Source of the DNA: Camelus ferus
Lineage: Eukaryota
Assembly: GCF_009834535.1 (NCBI RefSeq)
Contig: NC_045696.1
Coordinates: forward strand, 95,296,001-95,360,000
Direction: 5' to 3'
Length of the DNA stretch: 64,000 bases
Shown here: positions 12,634 through 27,809 of the stretch, piece after piece
Layout: every line of letters starts with the position of its first letter
How positions within the stretch are numbered: the stretch's first letter is position 1
Made by a program: the position numbers and the translations under genes
The notes under the pieces: model-generated
Databases searched by the model: none
Told to the model about the DNA's origin: nothing
The model's input: the letters and a program-made list of their open reading frames with translations, nothing else

Positions 12634-15600
12634 CCTGCAGCCTTCAACAAGCTATACAGGTAGAGAGGTAAATTAACAGGCTAATTATATGACCAGGAGA
12701 TAACAAGTAAATCAAAGAAAAGGTGCCACTGCTATCTCTGTTGTTCACGAGGCTCTGTATATAAGCAACAGTCAATTTATATTTAAAATTAATGAGCTCC
12801 TAAGGAGTATAATGAAATATATGAAAGGCAGTGAGGATGAACAAGTAATTCACAGAGATTCCTCAAGGAAACATACATTTTACGTGAATGACAGAGTTGA
12901 CATTAAAAAAAAAAGTATTCTTTCTACGGGATTAATGAACAATGATTAGAAAGTGATTCCCTGTTAAAGTCCTCCACAAGAAGCACACAAGAGGATTTAT
13001 TTCTAACTAGAAAAGTAGAAAAAGAAAGCAGTTTAAGGAAGCTATTTGATTTGGGTCAGCAACAGTCATTGCAACCAAAAGTGGGGGGACATTATTTTTG
13101 CATACCCTGTGCTTTACAAACTACCAGTCATATAAAAGAGGTTGAATGATACTAATCAGAAGGAAGAGAGAGAAAAAGCTAATCACATATATAGATGTAG
13201 TTTACCTATATTTTAAGAAAATATAAATATGTGAATGAGGGAGTTCAAATTATTATTAGTATATTTACACCATTGCTTTAAGGTTCCTTTAGGTTATCCT
13301 TTATGTTACCCATTCATCAGAAGCACTGAATGAATAAGCATAGTCAGATGAGTTTTATCTTTGTATAAAAGGGAGTTTATTAAGGTACTGATCCTATCTC
13401 CTTATAAAGTTCCTTTCTCTTTTAACAGAATCCAATAAATAAAAAGTATCTAGAAAAATTATCAATGAAATATAAAATCTGTTTTTCACACAGATTGCAA
13501 ATATAAAGTTAAAGAAAAGCAGCTGGTGATTAGCAAGCAAGAAAGATAAATCCTACACAAATTTGTTTAGCGGTTTGGCAACCTTAAACCAGTATGTCCC
13601 CATTTTTTTTTTGGCATGTGGCATGTTATTGAATCTGGCTCTTATGAACCTGCAGCCTATCTATTAGTTAACAGAATCCTGGCTTAAATAGGCTCCATAG
13701 AAAAAATTTATTAGCACTACTTTTTGCTACTTAATACAGATGCAAGACAAAGGCAAAAGACGCTTCCGAGCCTTGTTAGAGTCTGTGTGTGTTGTTTTCT
13801 GATGATCTTGTCTCAAAAGTAGGTCCCAGGCATCTTTTATTGGGTCAATTTAACTATTGATTTCTACTCATAATGCTTATCAATGGCAGGAAAATGTCAC
13901 TTTTTCAGTCCACTGCCTTAGGGGAGAAAAATTCACAGAGTAAAGGATTAAAAATGAAAAAACACAAACAACCAATTTTGCTACTTAACTAAATCGACTT
14001 TTTTTTTTCAGCCCAGTTATCAAACTGAGATGAGACTACAGGTGTATATTTTTAGCTTTGTGATATCACAATTAGTTGAGCAGAGAAAACTCAAGTCAAA
14101 TGATTTTAGCGTCCTACATACAATGCTAGTTTCCGTTTCCTTGAATGAAAGAGGCCTTTCAAAGAGGCGACTATGTCAATTTTTAAAGAAATGTATGGCC
14201 TTATTTACAACTATAATGACTATAATTAGTTTATTTTTTATAAACCTTAAGGGTGGGGGCAAGGAAGGTTGTGGCATGGATCTGGAGTTACTATTTCAGC
14301 TGGCATTCCACATCTCATCCCATTTCAAAATCAATACAAATAAAGTAGTATTTATTGGAAGCTGACCATATGTTAGGCTTATGGGTAGGTATTAAGAGAT
14401 CCCAATGACAAAGGGACACTCTCTGCTTTCAAAAAGTTTCCAGACAGAGGACATGGAGGTAAAAACCTAACTACAATGGTCTATATAAATACACTAGGAG
14501 TATGACCAAGTTCTAACGTACCTCTCCCGTCACTGCATTTTTATGTAGTAAAATAACCTAGCCAGTCATGTATGTGTGTTCATATTTCTGTATTATGGTA
14601 ATATTACCTGGCTTATTACAATCGTATCTAAAACAAGGGCGGATAGGCGTTAAGTTACAGATTAAGAGACTGTCCTAGGTGATAACTGATATATCCAGAC
14701 TTAAAAAAAAAAAAATCTCAAGATAAAACAAATATCACCATCTCTTCCAGTTAGTTTAAAAGTAGATCCAGCTATATGTTCTTCTGAAATTAACATGTTA
14801 CTGTGTGCCATACAATTAGCAAGATTTGAAATGCAGAAATACAAAATTATGGATTAAAAAAAAAAAAACTCCTTAAAATTTTAGTGATGAAGAATGGCAC
14901 ATCAGGCTCCATCAGCTGTCTCTTGAGCATTTTAACTACTTCCCAATTTGCAAGATTAGAAAATTGGACTAGCCTCATAATCATCAGCAAATATAAAACA
15001 TAATCCATGTAGTACGAAGGTGTTCTCTTTTGAGCCTTGTATGAAGACGTTCACCGATGAAGACAATAAGTACTGCTTTATGCCAGGGGGAGATACTCTA
15101 CAGACCTTGTATCTGTTTAAGATTATTATCATGGCCTTACCTTCTCCGAACGCACACTTTGCAGAAAAGCATGCCAACTCTAATGTAATCGGTCAGGAGG
15201 ACTTATTCTCCAAGTAGGTAACACTTACAAACTGTGAAGCTCCTTGAAGAGGGCCAGTAAGTCTCCAGAAGTAACAGATCTTACTGTTCAAGTGGAGATC
15301 GCAGCATTTGTTACCAGCTACATAATTATGCCACTCTAACCCTTAATGAGCCTGAAGTACTAAATTTTTAATCCCTCCTGATGATCCTCTTCAAAGTGGA
15401 TAAATGTACGTTTCTTCCCAATCAAATACTTAATTGCTAGGACTACAGGCATCAACACATAATCTGGATCTTTTTTGACTGCAGAACTTTTCAGTTCTTT
15501 TTAAAATAGCTTATGACACAGCTCCTAAAATAATTATTAGAGGGAAGAAATAATGAGCAAATTAACAAGTGGCAGGGCCTAGGCATTTATACTTTTGGGA

Positions 15601-15675
15601 GCTTGGACTCTCTCTTCTACTTCAGGTTGAAGATTTGCAACACTGTAAAGTTTTCATGCTTGGAAGACAAAACAT

Positions 15676-15800
15676 GTATTCATTCATTCATTCATTCATT
15701 TATACCTCTCTCTCTTTCTTTTTTAATGGAGGTACTGGGGATTGAACCCAGGACCTCGTGGATGCTAAGCATGCACTCTACCACTGAGCTATACTCTCCC
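15676..15800 (-). mobile_element. tRNA-Ala(AGC)-derived SINE (Vic-1-like, camelid type) with A-rich/(AATG)n tail
   Basis: Minus strand 15798-15727 reads GAGAGTATAGCTCAGTGGTAGAGTGCATGCTTAGCATCCACGAGGTCCTGGGTTCAATCCCCAGTACCTCCA. It has Pol III A and B boxes, an AGC anticodon loop and a broken anticodon stem, and is followed by TTAAAAAAG. Confidence 0.85.
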
Positions 15801-18024
15801 TCCAACTTTCCTTTTCTCTAAAATTAGAGTGTGGAAAAATTTAAGTGCAACAGAGATACATGAATTTCCCTATAAATAGCGTGTATCTTTGTTATTGTTA
15901 TTAGTTCTGTGATAAAAACACCAGTAGTTACAGTTGCAGTCTGGATCCCAGAAATGTCCCTCTCACAACAAACACCAACACTAGTCAATGCTCTTCTCAA
16001 TATTCTCAGCAGAGTGAAAAAAATATGGAAAAATGAAACACCGATGATGTTGCTACCCTGGTAGTATCACTTCTCATAAACCTTTGAAGAATAAATACTA
16101 TTTTATGTAAGCATGACACTTCCCCAACAAAGCACTCTCACTAACAGCGAGTTAATACTGTTACAAAAATAACTGTGTATTGTTCCACTGCCCTGATCAA
16201 TTATCATTCCCCTCTGAGACATGGGCTGTCCGTATAATCACCATTATCAGGAAGCCTGGCCAGGTCCCTGTGTGCCTGCCTGCACAAGATAACACACAAA
16301 ACATGGCATGAGAGTAAATAAAAGGCCTGCTCCAGAGGTGCACACCAACAGAACATAAACAGTTCATTTCAGTGGCAGAGCAATTTAACTGGATGAGTCC
16401 CTCCATAAATGAAGGGTGCTGGATTCCTTAGAGAAATAGTTTATTATGAACAGTTATATGTCACTATCTAACAAATGTCCTATTACATGAAAAAAAAATT
16501 CTCTAATGAATTTAAAAGCACATAAAACCTGCTCACAATTATTGGTCACGGTCAGGAAGAAACACTGCTTTCAACTCACTAACAGTGAATGCCAAGGACA
16601 TTCAAAACACTACATAGAGAGGTGACTAATGTTAGCTTCACATTCATAAGGAACTTATAAACTAGTGGGAAAAAGAAACATAAAAAAATGAGCTACAGAA
16701 TCAGGTATAATGTGATTTATTCTGTAATACACAAAATGGTAGGAAAATGTAGAGAAGAAAAGTTATTCATGAAGTATGTCTCATTTGATGATCACTGTAT
16801 AATGAGGCCTCTTATGAGTTAAGAGCACAGAGCGAGAACTAAATATCTCATCTATCATCTGCAACCACAGGATGGCTACAGATGCACGAGTTTAACAAAA
16901 AACAAACAAAAAAACATTCTATAAGAATCACTCGGCTATACAGAATTTAAAATACAGGGTACTGTATATTATTTTAATTTTAAACTGTATCCTACACATG
17001 CTTTTGTTAGTAAATTTTATTATAAACTTACGTATACTTTTTTTTTTTTTGGAGAGCCTGCTATTAAACAGCAAAACACTATAAACTTTTAATGCCACCA
17101 GTAATCGAGGCATGAGAATAGTCAAGAAAGTTAAGCACCTTCATAGCAATGAGTAACACTGACGCGACCTTAACTAAAGTCGTTATCCTCAACCAGGTGT
17201 GTCATAATGCCTTATTCGTAAAACGAAGACATCATACTCCAGTTTTTGCTGTGACCTATCCAGTCATATTTGAGGGTCTGGTGATCTCAGGATCTTTATG
17301 AACATGATTAAGCCTTAACCTCACCAGTGGCTCCTCAAGTTTCCTAATCTGTAGAGCAAATGGACTGCACGACACCATCTCTAAAGACTCTTCCTCTCCT
17401 ACAAGAGTCGCTCTGGTTAAAAACTTCAGTGGAGCCACAGATGACTCTCAATTTTCTTTCAAGCTACTTCAGAAATGCTAGAAACACTTCCAATATTACA
17501 AATAAAAATAAGGTTACTGGGTTAGATTTCAAATCTTAAATACTAACCTGATACTGAAAAATCATCATAATCAGGAGTCCTTGACTAGCCAGGATATTAC
17601 AATTTGGAAGCTGACTGCCATCTGTGAATGACTGCAGACTATCTTTTTTTCTTAATCTGTATTGATTTTATTTCTATTCTTCACATTGACATAATAGCTA
17701 GTCATGGCTTGGAAACGAGATTTGCAGCCTGTCCTTCCAAAGATCTATGCAGTAATGATAAACCCAGCGGTTGGAATCCATCAAGCTCACACTGAGCACA
17801 GTCACTGGGGGAAAAGTTGCTGCTGGACAATGCATCTTTTCAAACCACCTAGAACAGAATCTGTAAATCCACAAATGATTTTCCATCGATCAAGGCCTAT
17901 TTTCACTCAAATGCAGTTTAGAACCACACAGTGGAATAAATCTGAAGCAACCTGATAAACCTAAAACATTCTTTAAGTTTATGATGATATAGTTTTACAA
18001 ATGCTAATTAAATTATATGGAATT

Positions 18025-18026
<2 letters not shown>

Positions 18027-18072
<46 letters not shown>
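18027..18072. repeat. (AC)23 microsatellite
   Basis: Read directly. Confidence 0.97.
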
Positions 18073-18076
<4 letters not shown>

Positions 18077-20006
18077 GTTCAAAAAATAGAAAGGCCAAAG
18101 TTCCGCCAAAGTGGTTAAAGTGTGCAATGGGGTTACATAATTTCTTGTTGAGTTTCAAGACGACATTCATTAAATAACTGGAGATGTATGAAGCAGTATC
18201 CTTTTAAGGAGTTCTGTCATAAGATAAACACATTTTAGTGATCAAATCACTTTCAGAATGCTTGTAACTTGAGATTTCATTTTTCTTCCAACAGTGACCT
18301 GTTTTTCTCTAGAACAGTTACTAAGAAAAATATTTTTGAGCGAGTCTTAAGAATGACTTCCTTAGAAGCCCTTTCCTTTGTACTATTAAACAGTCTGGAA
18401 AACTGCTTGCTTGACTCATTCATGCTGTCAAAATATACTACAGGCTAAGGCTGACCATCAAATTCCCCTGATTCCTAGAACAGCACATAGAATTTATGCA
18501 TGAAGTTCTAAAGGAATGACATTTGGAGTTTTAGGATCACTTTCGTGTGTTGATAGTTTATAAAAGCATATCCACCCAGGCTAGTCTATTTATTTGCTAA
18601 GCCTGAGGACTGCCACTTTTTTGCAAGAAAAGTTCCATTCATTTAAACCCATGATGAGTTAGAAATTCAAAAAGAAGATGTTAGAACTATTTGGAGATTC
18701 CTCTATTTGCAGTTATTTGGAGATAACAAGATGAAATGAAGTATGTGAACATATGGAATCCTTAACAAAAGTAAAATAATTATGAGGTCAACCAGTCATC
18801 ACCGGAACTCTACACTTGTTAATACACATCATGGTAAGAATCTTAAAAGTAACACTTACTCTTTTACCAACTGCTATTTTATTATAATTAATAGAGGAGA
18901 TGCAGCAAAATGGAAGACATGCAACAAAATGGGAACCTGCTAATTACAATTCACGTACATCAAGTAGCATTTTTTTAGGGAACAGAAGTCAGAGGGAGTG
19001 TTATTCAGAGAGAAAAAAATATTTTTAAATCGGAAAGCTAGCAGGGACATTAATGAATCAGAGTGACTCCACCTTCTAACTATGAATAAGGAATTAAGTA
19101 GGTGACAAGGTTATTTCATTTTTTAAGTCGTGTTTTGAAATGTATCCACAGTGCTAATCAGAAAGCAAAGGCAGCCCTATATGAGAGTCTGGAGCAGGTA
19201 AAGATTTCCAGATGGTCTTATCCTTGGGAGAAAAATCCATCTTCTATATGGATTGAGAAGTCACGGCAAACATACTACATCCACTGAACCTCTCAGTAGG
19301 ATTAAAAGAATAGTTGTTAACCAGGTGCATATAGCTTTTAAAAATATATATCTGGCATATCTCTTGGTTTAGAGAGTCCAACTGCGTCGGTCTAGATAGT
19401 GGGGCAAGTGGTAGGGGTGGAGGATGGATACACTTTCCAAGTCTTTTCCGCTTTGTGCAGAAAGCGTGGAAAAGTACCTGAGATGCTGTCTAGCACACAG
19501 TAGGCATGCCACATAAGCTGTTGACTCACATGGAATTAAGTGCATCCTACAGTCAGTATGGCTGGTCACTAAGCAAAGGAAAGGGTTGGGGCAGGCAGGT
19601 ATTTGAAGCAAAGTGGTCCAACTGGCACCATCTCTTATACGCTGCCGACTTTTAATGCTGAGCTTTCACATTTCTGTTTAAAGTTCTGGACTGGCAGGTC
19701 TTTTGAGGCCAGGGTTTTAATAGGCATTTCAAAAAAGCCACTCATAATTGTTTACGTTCCCTCATTTTTCACAAATCATATGCTAGGCAAATAAACCAGA
19801 AGTGGCAAAAGGTTACAGATCAAAAAGCCCTGGAAGGTATTAACACAGGGAGAAGCAAATAGATTTTGAAAAAGTAAACAAACTTAAACTTTGAGGCCAT
19901 AATGTGACTAGGAAGGATTAAGAAAGAGCACCTTTATTAACCCAAAAGTTGCTATCATTATCAGTATTTTAATATTTTTCCCAGCCTAGTATCTAATATT
20001 TCCGTA

Positions 20007-20056
20007 AGTGTATGTGTGTGCGTGTGCGTGTGCGTGCATGTGCGTGTGTGTGTGTG
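20007..20056. repeat. Imperfect (TG)/(TGCG) microsatellite
   Basis: gtgtatgtgtgtgcgtgtgcgtgtgcgtgcatgtgcgtgtgtgtgtgtg. Confidence 0.9.
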
Positions 20057-22064
20057 AGAGGAAAATGCACAACTCTTTGACTGCTGATATTATCTGTAGA
20101 AACTTGTCTGCTGGAAAATGTTTCTATAACTTTGGTTTGGCTCCTACCTTGGAGCGGATCAGAAATAAAAACTTTTCCATGGATTAGAGCCAACTGAGCT
20201 GCTAAAACAAAAGGTAACATTCATTAGAGGACCACAGTACCATGATCTCATTCTGAAGGTTAATTTTTTTACATTAAGTGTGGATTTGTCTAAAGTTTAG
20301 AAAACTCAATTAATGTCAAGGAAAATAAGTAAACATTAGCCTTACCTTAAATGTTATTGTTTGCATGGAAAAATATTTTTAGCTAAGAAACATGAAACAA
20401 AAAGTAGACAAAAAGAATTTGTCCTATTCCTAGCTTAATCATTAGCTTAATTTTCTTAATTTTCCCCCCAAATGTTAGCACCTACAGACCCATACACATC
20501 CTGCATGTAATTTCTACTTGTATCCAATAATATGTGGTTTCAACATGAAACCATTCTTAAAAACAAGAGATTTTTTTCCTCAATAAAATGCGAGCATCTA
20601 AGGGTGTTACCTCCCTTGATTTTTAAAAGAGACATAGGGGAAAATCCCAGCTTTTACACATCTGCTAACTAAGGATCAATTAACCATTTAATGCCAGGAA
20701 GGACTAACTGCACACTTTTTTTTAGCATTGCTAAAAATTGCTGAAAACAAATTTTATGTTTCCTGCCCTCAGAGGTCCTCCTGTACTTTCTCCTAATTGT
20801 TTCACAACATGTTTAAAGCCTAAATAGCCAGCTCAATTAAACAGGCTACAAGCATCTCCCTCAAACGTGTTTGATCCTCTTTCAACATCAAGTAATGCAA
20901 TTAGCTCATTCCCACATACTAAATCAATACACAGCAGAACAGAATGGGCAATAATCAATAGCCTTAACAAGAAGGCAGTGGCATGGCTCAATAAATCAAA
21001 TCGTAAGTGCACAGATCCTACTTGGAATTAGAATATAACAAAATGCACACACAACTGTAAAGGAGAACCTTAGGGCTAGCCATAGGAAACTCCGAAGCTA
21101 CACTATTTCTGAAGAGACAATAAAATCAGGAAGCTGAAGTATTTCCCCCCAACTTGCTGCAAAAACTACATACTCTCTCGTTTCTAACCAAAGTCAACAG
21201 TCTCAGACCTGTGTATTAGGCCAGCACCTTTAAATATCGTGGAGCAAAAGACACCATTTCACTGGACTAGAATTGGACTCCTGTCAGTGCTGAGGAATAG
21301 TGAAAGGGGAAAAAAAAGAGGATGTGATAAGTGGAATCGCTCAGACTTGGATGGTCCTTTACACCCCTGAGGAAGTAAGTGGTAAATATTTTACCAAGTA
21401 AGGTTATACAGATATAAAAAGCACAGAGTAGGGATGGTGCAAATCATGAAAAACGACTTCAATATTTAACCTCCTGTGCAGGTACTTTACTGAATAAACA
21501 ATTTTATTTTTGAAACAAAGTCTTAGGTGAGTGTTTGGGGAAGAAATTTACACAAACAATGCAATATTTGAAATAACAAATATGAATTATTTAGTTTAGA
21601 CTAACATAGAGCTAAAGAGGCATTAGTTTTAAATGAAATTAAACTTGGAACAGATGGTTACAACCACTTTCCATTCATAAATAACTGCATTTATGAAACG
21701 GGTTTTCAGGCACAGACAATGATATAAATACTGACTTATTTTATTAATACTACTTCAGTGAGCTCAAGGTCAAGTGGTACGCACGTTAAAGGTTACGAGG
21801 CGTTTTCTCTTGATAACAGGTGAGTAAGTTAGTACGTGATAATGCACGTTTATACACATTCCATGTAAGTCTTTTTTAAATTTTCTAATCAAATAATGGA
21901 TAAACACCTGTAGTACAATAAGCAAATCAATGTGACATTTCTTCTGACACAAGGAAAGTTCTCATAAGGAGAAGATAACTGAGACTGAACTCCAGCATTC
22001 AGACAACACCAGGACCAGCTACTAGGCATGGAATGTTTACATTGGGCGAGATATTGCATGGAGT

Positions 22065-22260
22065 GATGTATATTATGTAAATGATTTCACTGAATCCTCA
22101 CAAACCTTCAAAGCAGGTATCATCAGTCCCATTTCATAGAGGAGGAAACTGAGACTTGGGGAGGAGAAGTGATTGGCACAAAGTCACCAGGAAGTGACTG
22201 ACAGAATCAAATCCAGACCCAACTGCATTCACGGTTTTGGCTCTTAACCAGGTCCTACTC
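22065..22260 (-). mobile_element. MIR SINE
   Basis: aatcctcacaa..gcaggtatcatcagtcccatttcatagaggaggaaactgagac. Confidence 0.8.
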
Positions 22261-23414
22261 TCCCCTGAACACTTTTTTTACTTATAAATTTTTGCATAGG
22301 GCTTTTTGCAATTATTCTGCAGATGCTACTTCAATTAAAAATTCCAGGGTAGCATTGAGACTAAGTGAAAACCATCAGTGGCCACATTCTCATTACTCCT
22401 GGCATCAATATTATTTGCTTTAAAATAGTGTTTATTGTAAACTTCATCCGAAGAAGAAGAGCATAAAGGTCAATCTAGACACTCAAAAAACACAAAAAGA
22501 AAAAAGAAAAAAAAGTAAAACTATAAAGCAAACCAAATGAAAAAAATGCCAAACGAAATGAAATCAAAAGGCAAGGAATACCGCTCACTTTTCCCTGTGA
22601 TCAATTTGGTTTTGAACACAAAATAAGTTTGACTTCTATACCAATGCTGACCCATTATGTTAGACTTGGCATGCTTCCAGCATTATTAATATAGTAAGTA
22701 CTATACAAATATACAAGGAATTAAATTAATTACTAAAATTTTATTCCCAGCTAATGTTTAAAATATAGTATTAACAGTTATCAAAAATGCCTAAGTGTGA
22801 CATATAATACGAAGACATGTGAATCACTGTCAATGAGGTGGGTGAATGGTTTAATCTAGATTTTAAGTTCTTACAGTACAACTTACAAAGACTTAGAAAG
22901 ATTCAGACACAGTTTTTTGTTTCCAATATTACTATAAATGCCCAGTAAAATTCATGAAATATGAAGAAGGAACTCTCAGCTACTTACAAAATAATGTCTC
23001 ATAGTTTCTATGTATTAGAAAAATATCAGTTATACTACATCCTTGAATAAGAAAGGATATTCTATTTTATGCAAAAAAAATCATAAAGATAATTATGAAA
23101 TGAAAACCTCCTTATCTGGTGCCCTGTACTTCACTTCCAAGCTTTGTCTTGGAATTCTGAAAACTCTCATTTGTTTTTTTCCCAGAACAGCCTATTCTTC
23201 TGATTTTCTATACTGTTTCCATTCTGGCATGACTTTCAAAATTCTTCCTGACCTAAAGTTTAGACTCTCTATCTTATCAAACTTCTAGTTAAAAACTTAG
23301 TAAAAATTTCCATTTTAAATTTAAAAATCTGATTAGTGATAATACAGGGACGGTTTTCTGAAATAAGAAAAAGTGTGAGTGATCATGCTTTTAGAAGCAT
23401 AGTTGTCTTAAACT

Positions 23415-23545
23415 CAAGAGTGAAGGCTGAAATCCCAGGTTCTGAAGACAGGCTGCCTGTGCTGAACCCCGGTTCGACTGCTCCTGAATGTTGAAACCCA
23501 CACAGGTTACTTCATCATTCTGAGCCTTGTCATTTTATATAATAG
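23415..23545 (+). mobile_element. MIR SINE fragment
   Basis: ttctgaagacaggctgcctgtgctgaaccccggttc..ggttacttcatcattctgagcct. Confidence 0.6.
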
Positions 23546-26500
23546 ATGATGATCGAATGAGGGGAGGAAAATTAACCATTTCTACACGTGGTACCTGAAC
23601 ACCAATCTGAGTTAGGTTTATCTTGCTGAATTATGGAATATGATAATGGATCTGGTACAAATCTCTCACCACATAAACCCGTTCTACTAATACAAGCACA
23701 GCTTCTCTAGCAGCAGCATAACCAGAGCTGAGATTCATCTGCTCTCTCATGCTGACTACGTTAACGGCTTCCAGTGTTTTTCACAATAAACCTTCAGACA
23801 CATATGAGGACATTTAATGTCTACCTACATTTTACGTGGGCAAAATTTGTGTCCTACTGGGATATTTTAATACTAAAGAATAGAAGAGTTAAAACAATGT
23901 TTTATTATTCTATGATCATTTTTATCTTCATTGTACTTCTCAGAAGCTTGAAAGCTTACAGTTACCACTAGCCTATCAAGCCTCTAAAAAGGCTCTGTGT
24001 GTGACCCTTGAAGCAGAATCACCTATTGCAGTGTCTGGTACATAGCAGGTAATTAATGATGAAAAGGCGGGAGGGGAGAGAATGGGTTATTTTCCCTTAA
24101 CTGAGAGGCAGAAGTGGCAAATACTTTGGTCTGCAATTTCTTTCAATTCCTAAACCTTCAATACAAAAATATGTGTTTCTGGTGAAAAATCTCTCTTCCA
24201 GCATTATTCATTCTTAGTAGGAAACACAGAAGCCAAGAGTAGCTAATAAAGACTCTAAAAAATAGTAATAATATTTTTGCATTTCTCACTATGGACATCT
24301 AACCCAGTATATGTTACACGTTAAGCTACTATATGTTAATCATAGGTTAAAGATTTGCTGGGGACCTACTTAAGCAGTCTACCATGCAAAAATTTGCAAC
24401 AAAGATGACTCTTCTTCAATGTTGATATGACTCTTTAGTTTATCTGAGTTTAAGATGAGTTTGTTTTTGAGGGTTTTTTTTTTAAATATATTGGGTTTTT
24501 TTAAAATGTACATTTGTTTTCAATTTATCACTGTGCTATGACTCAGAGAAGGCAGTATCTGGCAGTAATATTTCATAATAGTGAAAAAAATTAAATAAAT
24601 AAAATCATGATGATAATTTTTTTCTCATGGCTAGATTTAGATTTTATTAGTTTCCACTTAGCCATGAAGAGATAAGAGATAATGTGAAGAAAGATAGTTC
24701 ATTCACGGCACAGATCTTTCTTAACAGGATTCTTTATATAAATAATGAATTCTTTAGTTACTTATTTCTCCATGGTTCATTTCTTGGTTGCCTCCCTTAA
24801 AAGAGAATTGTTTTATGAAAAGCAATGTCGTCTCCAAAGAGGAATCTTATTTCAGGCATGATAAATTTGGCTCTGTTTTTCTCTGAAACCTTTTTTTTTT
24901 TTAACTTGGCCCATTTGGTAAGTTAACACTGTTTAGTTCTAAAAGCTTCCTGGGATTGGAAGATGTTACTAGACTTAAATTTTTCAGTCCATGAACGACT
25001 TCAGAATATTAGATGAGCAAAGATATCTGAAAGCAAATTATCCTCTGAATGCAGTAACACGGAAAAGAATGAATTACAGATGTAATTTATCCGTCACAAG
25101 CAGATCCTAAACACTGATTATGTCCGGGCTTGTGCAGAAAATTGAAAATGATAGAAAAGCTTCCCAGTTTTTCTAACTTTAATTTTCCATGTTTTACTTT
25201 GTGTAATTTACTGTCAACTATTAACAGCAGATGCTTCTTGCCTTATTTGAGAACAGCCTGGACTTAAGTATTTAAGTGATTGTGAAAACCAGAAGCCTCC
25301 ACAGTAAATCTGAATTTTATACAAGAGATAAATTCTAACATAAGAAGCCTGGAGTCATATGGGGTCTTGAGAAAACAGTGCTGGATCTCAATAAACAGTG
25401 AGTTTCAACCTAACATTAACAGAAATTAAAATATAAATATTGTTGAATAAACTGAGATAGCATCAGAAGAATCCTTCTGGGCCTAAAATTGCAACCCAGA
25501 GTTAAAATACAGGTAAGTCCCAACAGACCAGAGGTGGTGGTGCAGGCAGAGCCGCCCCTGTCCAGCGGCCCGTGGCGGTGAGAACTCTTATTGGGGATTC
25601 CCTCCAGTTCTTCTCTTCCCACTTGTGGTCTCAGAATTAGTAGTTGTGACAGGGAAGGGAGGGAAAAAGGAAAGATAAACCACCAGAGACATTTTTCTCT
25701 CTTCACCAAGTTTCTCTTCCAATGACCCTCCAGTTGCTATTGGGAAGTTCCCCCTCTGAACTCCACCCCGCCTCCCAGCACTGATCTCCCGGTAAGCTAT
25801 CTGCCCCGGACAGCTGTGTTTTTACTATCTGCGTTCCCAAAGTTTGACCTAGGAGATGTTTAAGTTATACTCCTTGAATGGTAGGATGCCCAACCCCCAT
25901 CACCTCCTAAATGTCTTCCTTCTCACATCTGGTTCTTTACTGCTGACCCCTTGACTAAAGCCTGTGATAAAATGGCCAGAAAACAGGCAAACAAAAAAAA
26001 TTCAGTTTGGTATTTCCCATCATCCACCTATCTTTCCCCATTTCTGCTAGTAATTAGAAAGAAACAGTATCAAAACAAAGCTACACTTTCGATAACTTTA
26101 GAAAGTAAAGAGCATGGGAAGAAGCTATTCATTAATATTAAGGTCCACAGTGGACCAGACTCAGGACCAAAAAGCTATACATTTGAAAAGGAAGCAGGTT
26201 GAGCCCTTAGGGAAAAAGAAAGGTTACTTAGAAGACATCTTGACAGAGACGTCTTCCCACCCTGGGGAAGCTGTGGACCTCAGCCCCTCATTCTATACCC
26301 TGCCATTAGTCCCTATTGATTCTGAGCCACTGACCTATTGAAAGCCAGCCCCTCCATGGCACAGGACGAGCCCAAGCAGAGAGTGAGCAAGCCTCTCACA
26401 CTGGCTTGCAGAAAGTGTCCAGGAGTTTGGGGAAGGCCACCACCTTTGCATTAGGCCAAGATGAATTTCTAAAGCTGCAAACTGCAAACTGAAACCTGAC

Positions 26501-27099
26501 ATACATCTTTTCCATTGAAACAGTGACAAAAGCAACTGGGGTCCATGACACTAGCATTACTTAAGATGTACGGATAAGGTGGTACTCATGATGCTTCTGG
26601 GAAGCCTCCTGGACTTAATGAATAATCAGTTTCCAGGGAACTGTTCACACTGGACTGTAACTCAAGCATCCTATGGGTTACTCAGGCTTCCCAGGGTCGG
26701 CCTAATGACTTAACCACGCTGCTTCTGTGGGAAAGTGCTCTCCAAAGGATTAAAACTTTGGAATATGGCTTTTTTATGCATTGGGGGATAACTATATAGT
26801 TTATACAGTGGCTGCTTATTTTAACATGATTAATTTAAAATGTTTTTCCTCCATTGCCATATATTTAAAACAGATATATAATCTTTAAAAGTTGTTAGCA
26901 TTCTTGCTGCTGTTTTGTGTTCACTCATTGATTCATCTGCTGACTTAAAATATACTTTTGAGTATTTACTGTTTTAGGCCCTATGCTGCAAATCTGCCTT
27001 AAATATTAATTTTTATTCTTAAGCACTGCTGTTCAGGTGTTTTCTTTGCTGAATCCTTGGGATGTGGATATGTATATTAAGAAGCATTGTTTTAAAGGC

Positions 27100-27320
27100 A
27101 AGTGGTTAAAAGGGCAGGCATGAAATCAGGTTACCAGGCTTGGAGCTCACATTTTACTGGCTAAGTGACTTTGTGAACATCACTTAACTTCTCTGTACTT
27201 CAGTGTGGCCATCTGAGGAATGGAAGTAATACCGGTAACTCATCAAAGAGTTTTTGTGAGGACTAAATGCTATGAAAAAATTAAAAGCATTGAAAATACT
27301 GACCAGCATAGAGTAATTTT
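27100..27320 (+). mobile_element. MIR SINE
   Basis: agtggttaa..cacttaacttctctgtacttcagt..catctg..tttgtgaggactaaatg. Confidence 0.8.
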
Positions 27321-27809
27321 AACTCATTTTATTTTGCTTCATACAAAGGAAATAGAAATAAAGTGTATTTGCAGAAGAAACAGAAATAAGACATCAGAGT
27401 AACTACAGATTCTTTTGTCAAAATCATCTGAGACCTATTTTTTTATGACATGCATTCCTGTTATATTCCAGTTATAAATATTTAACTGTATATATAAATA
27501 CGCACTAGCAATAGGAAAAATAAAAAATGAAGCAAACAATTTTCTTCTTCTATATAAGTAAAAATAAATCCATTTGTGATATGCTAGATTTTTATTGATG
27601 AAATATGTCATGATTTGAAAGGAAAAAAAAAAAGGACAACTCTAGTCAACCAAGACAGAACTCATGACAGGTTTGCCAAGATAAGGAGCTACAAGTTTCT
27701 CTTCAGAAGTGATCTCCCCTCAACTACTCCCAGATGCTTGTCAGGGAGAGTTACTTGATTCTGGAAGTTTTCTGGCGGGGGAAAGAAATCTCTCTAACTC
27801 TCATCCCAG

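Noticed and set aside
13195..13240. Possible recursive splice site TATAG|GTAAAC on the minus strand
   Set aside because: Pyrimidine tract is interrupted and the donor is weak. I saw no convincing YAG|GTRAG site.
15727..15798. Functional tRNA-Ala gene
   Set aside because: Anticodon stem is disrupted, and it carries an A-rich tail instead of a T-run terminator, so it is a SINE.
18200..18209. CArG-like CCTTTTAAGG (also 39886-39895) and isolated MEF2-like CTATAAATAG at 15870
   Set aside because: Isolated short motifs are expected by chance in AT-rich DNA.
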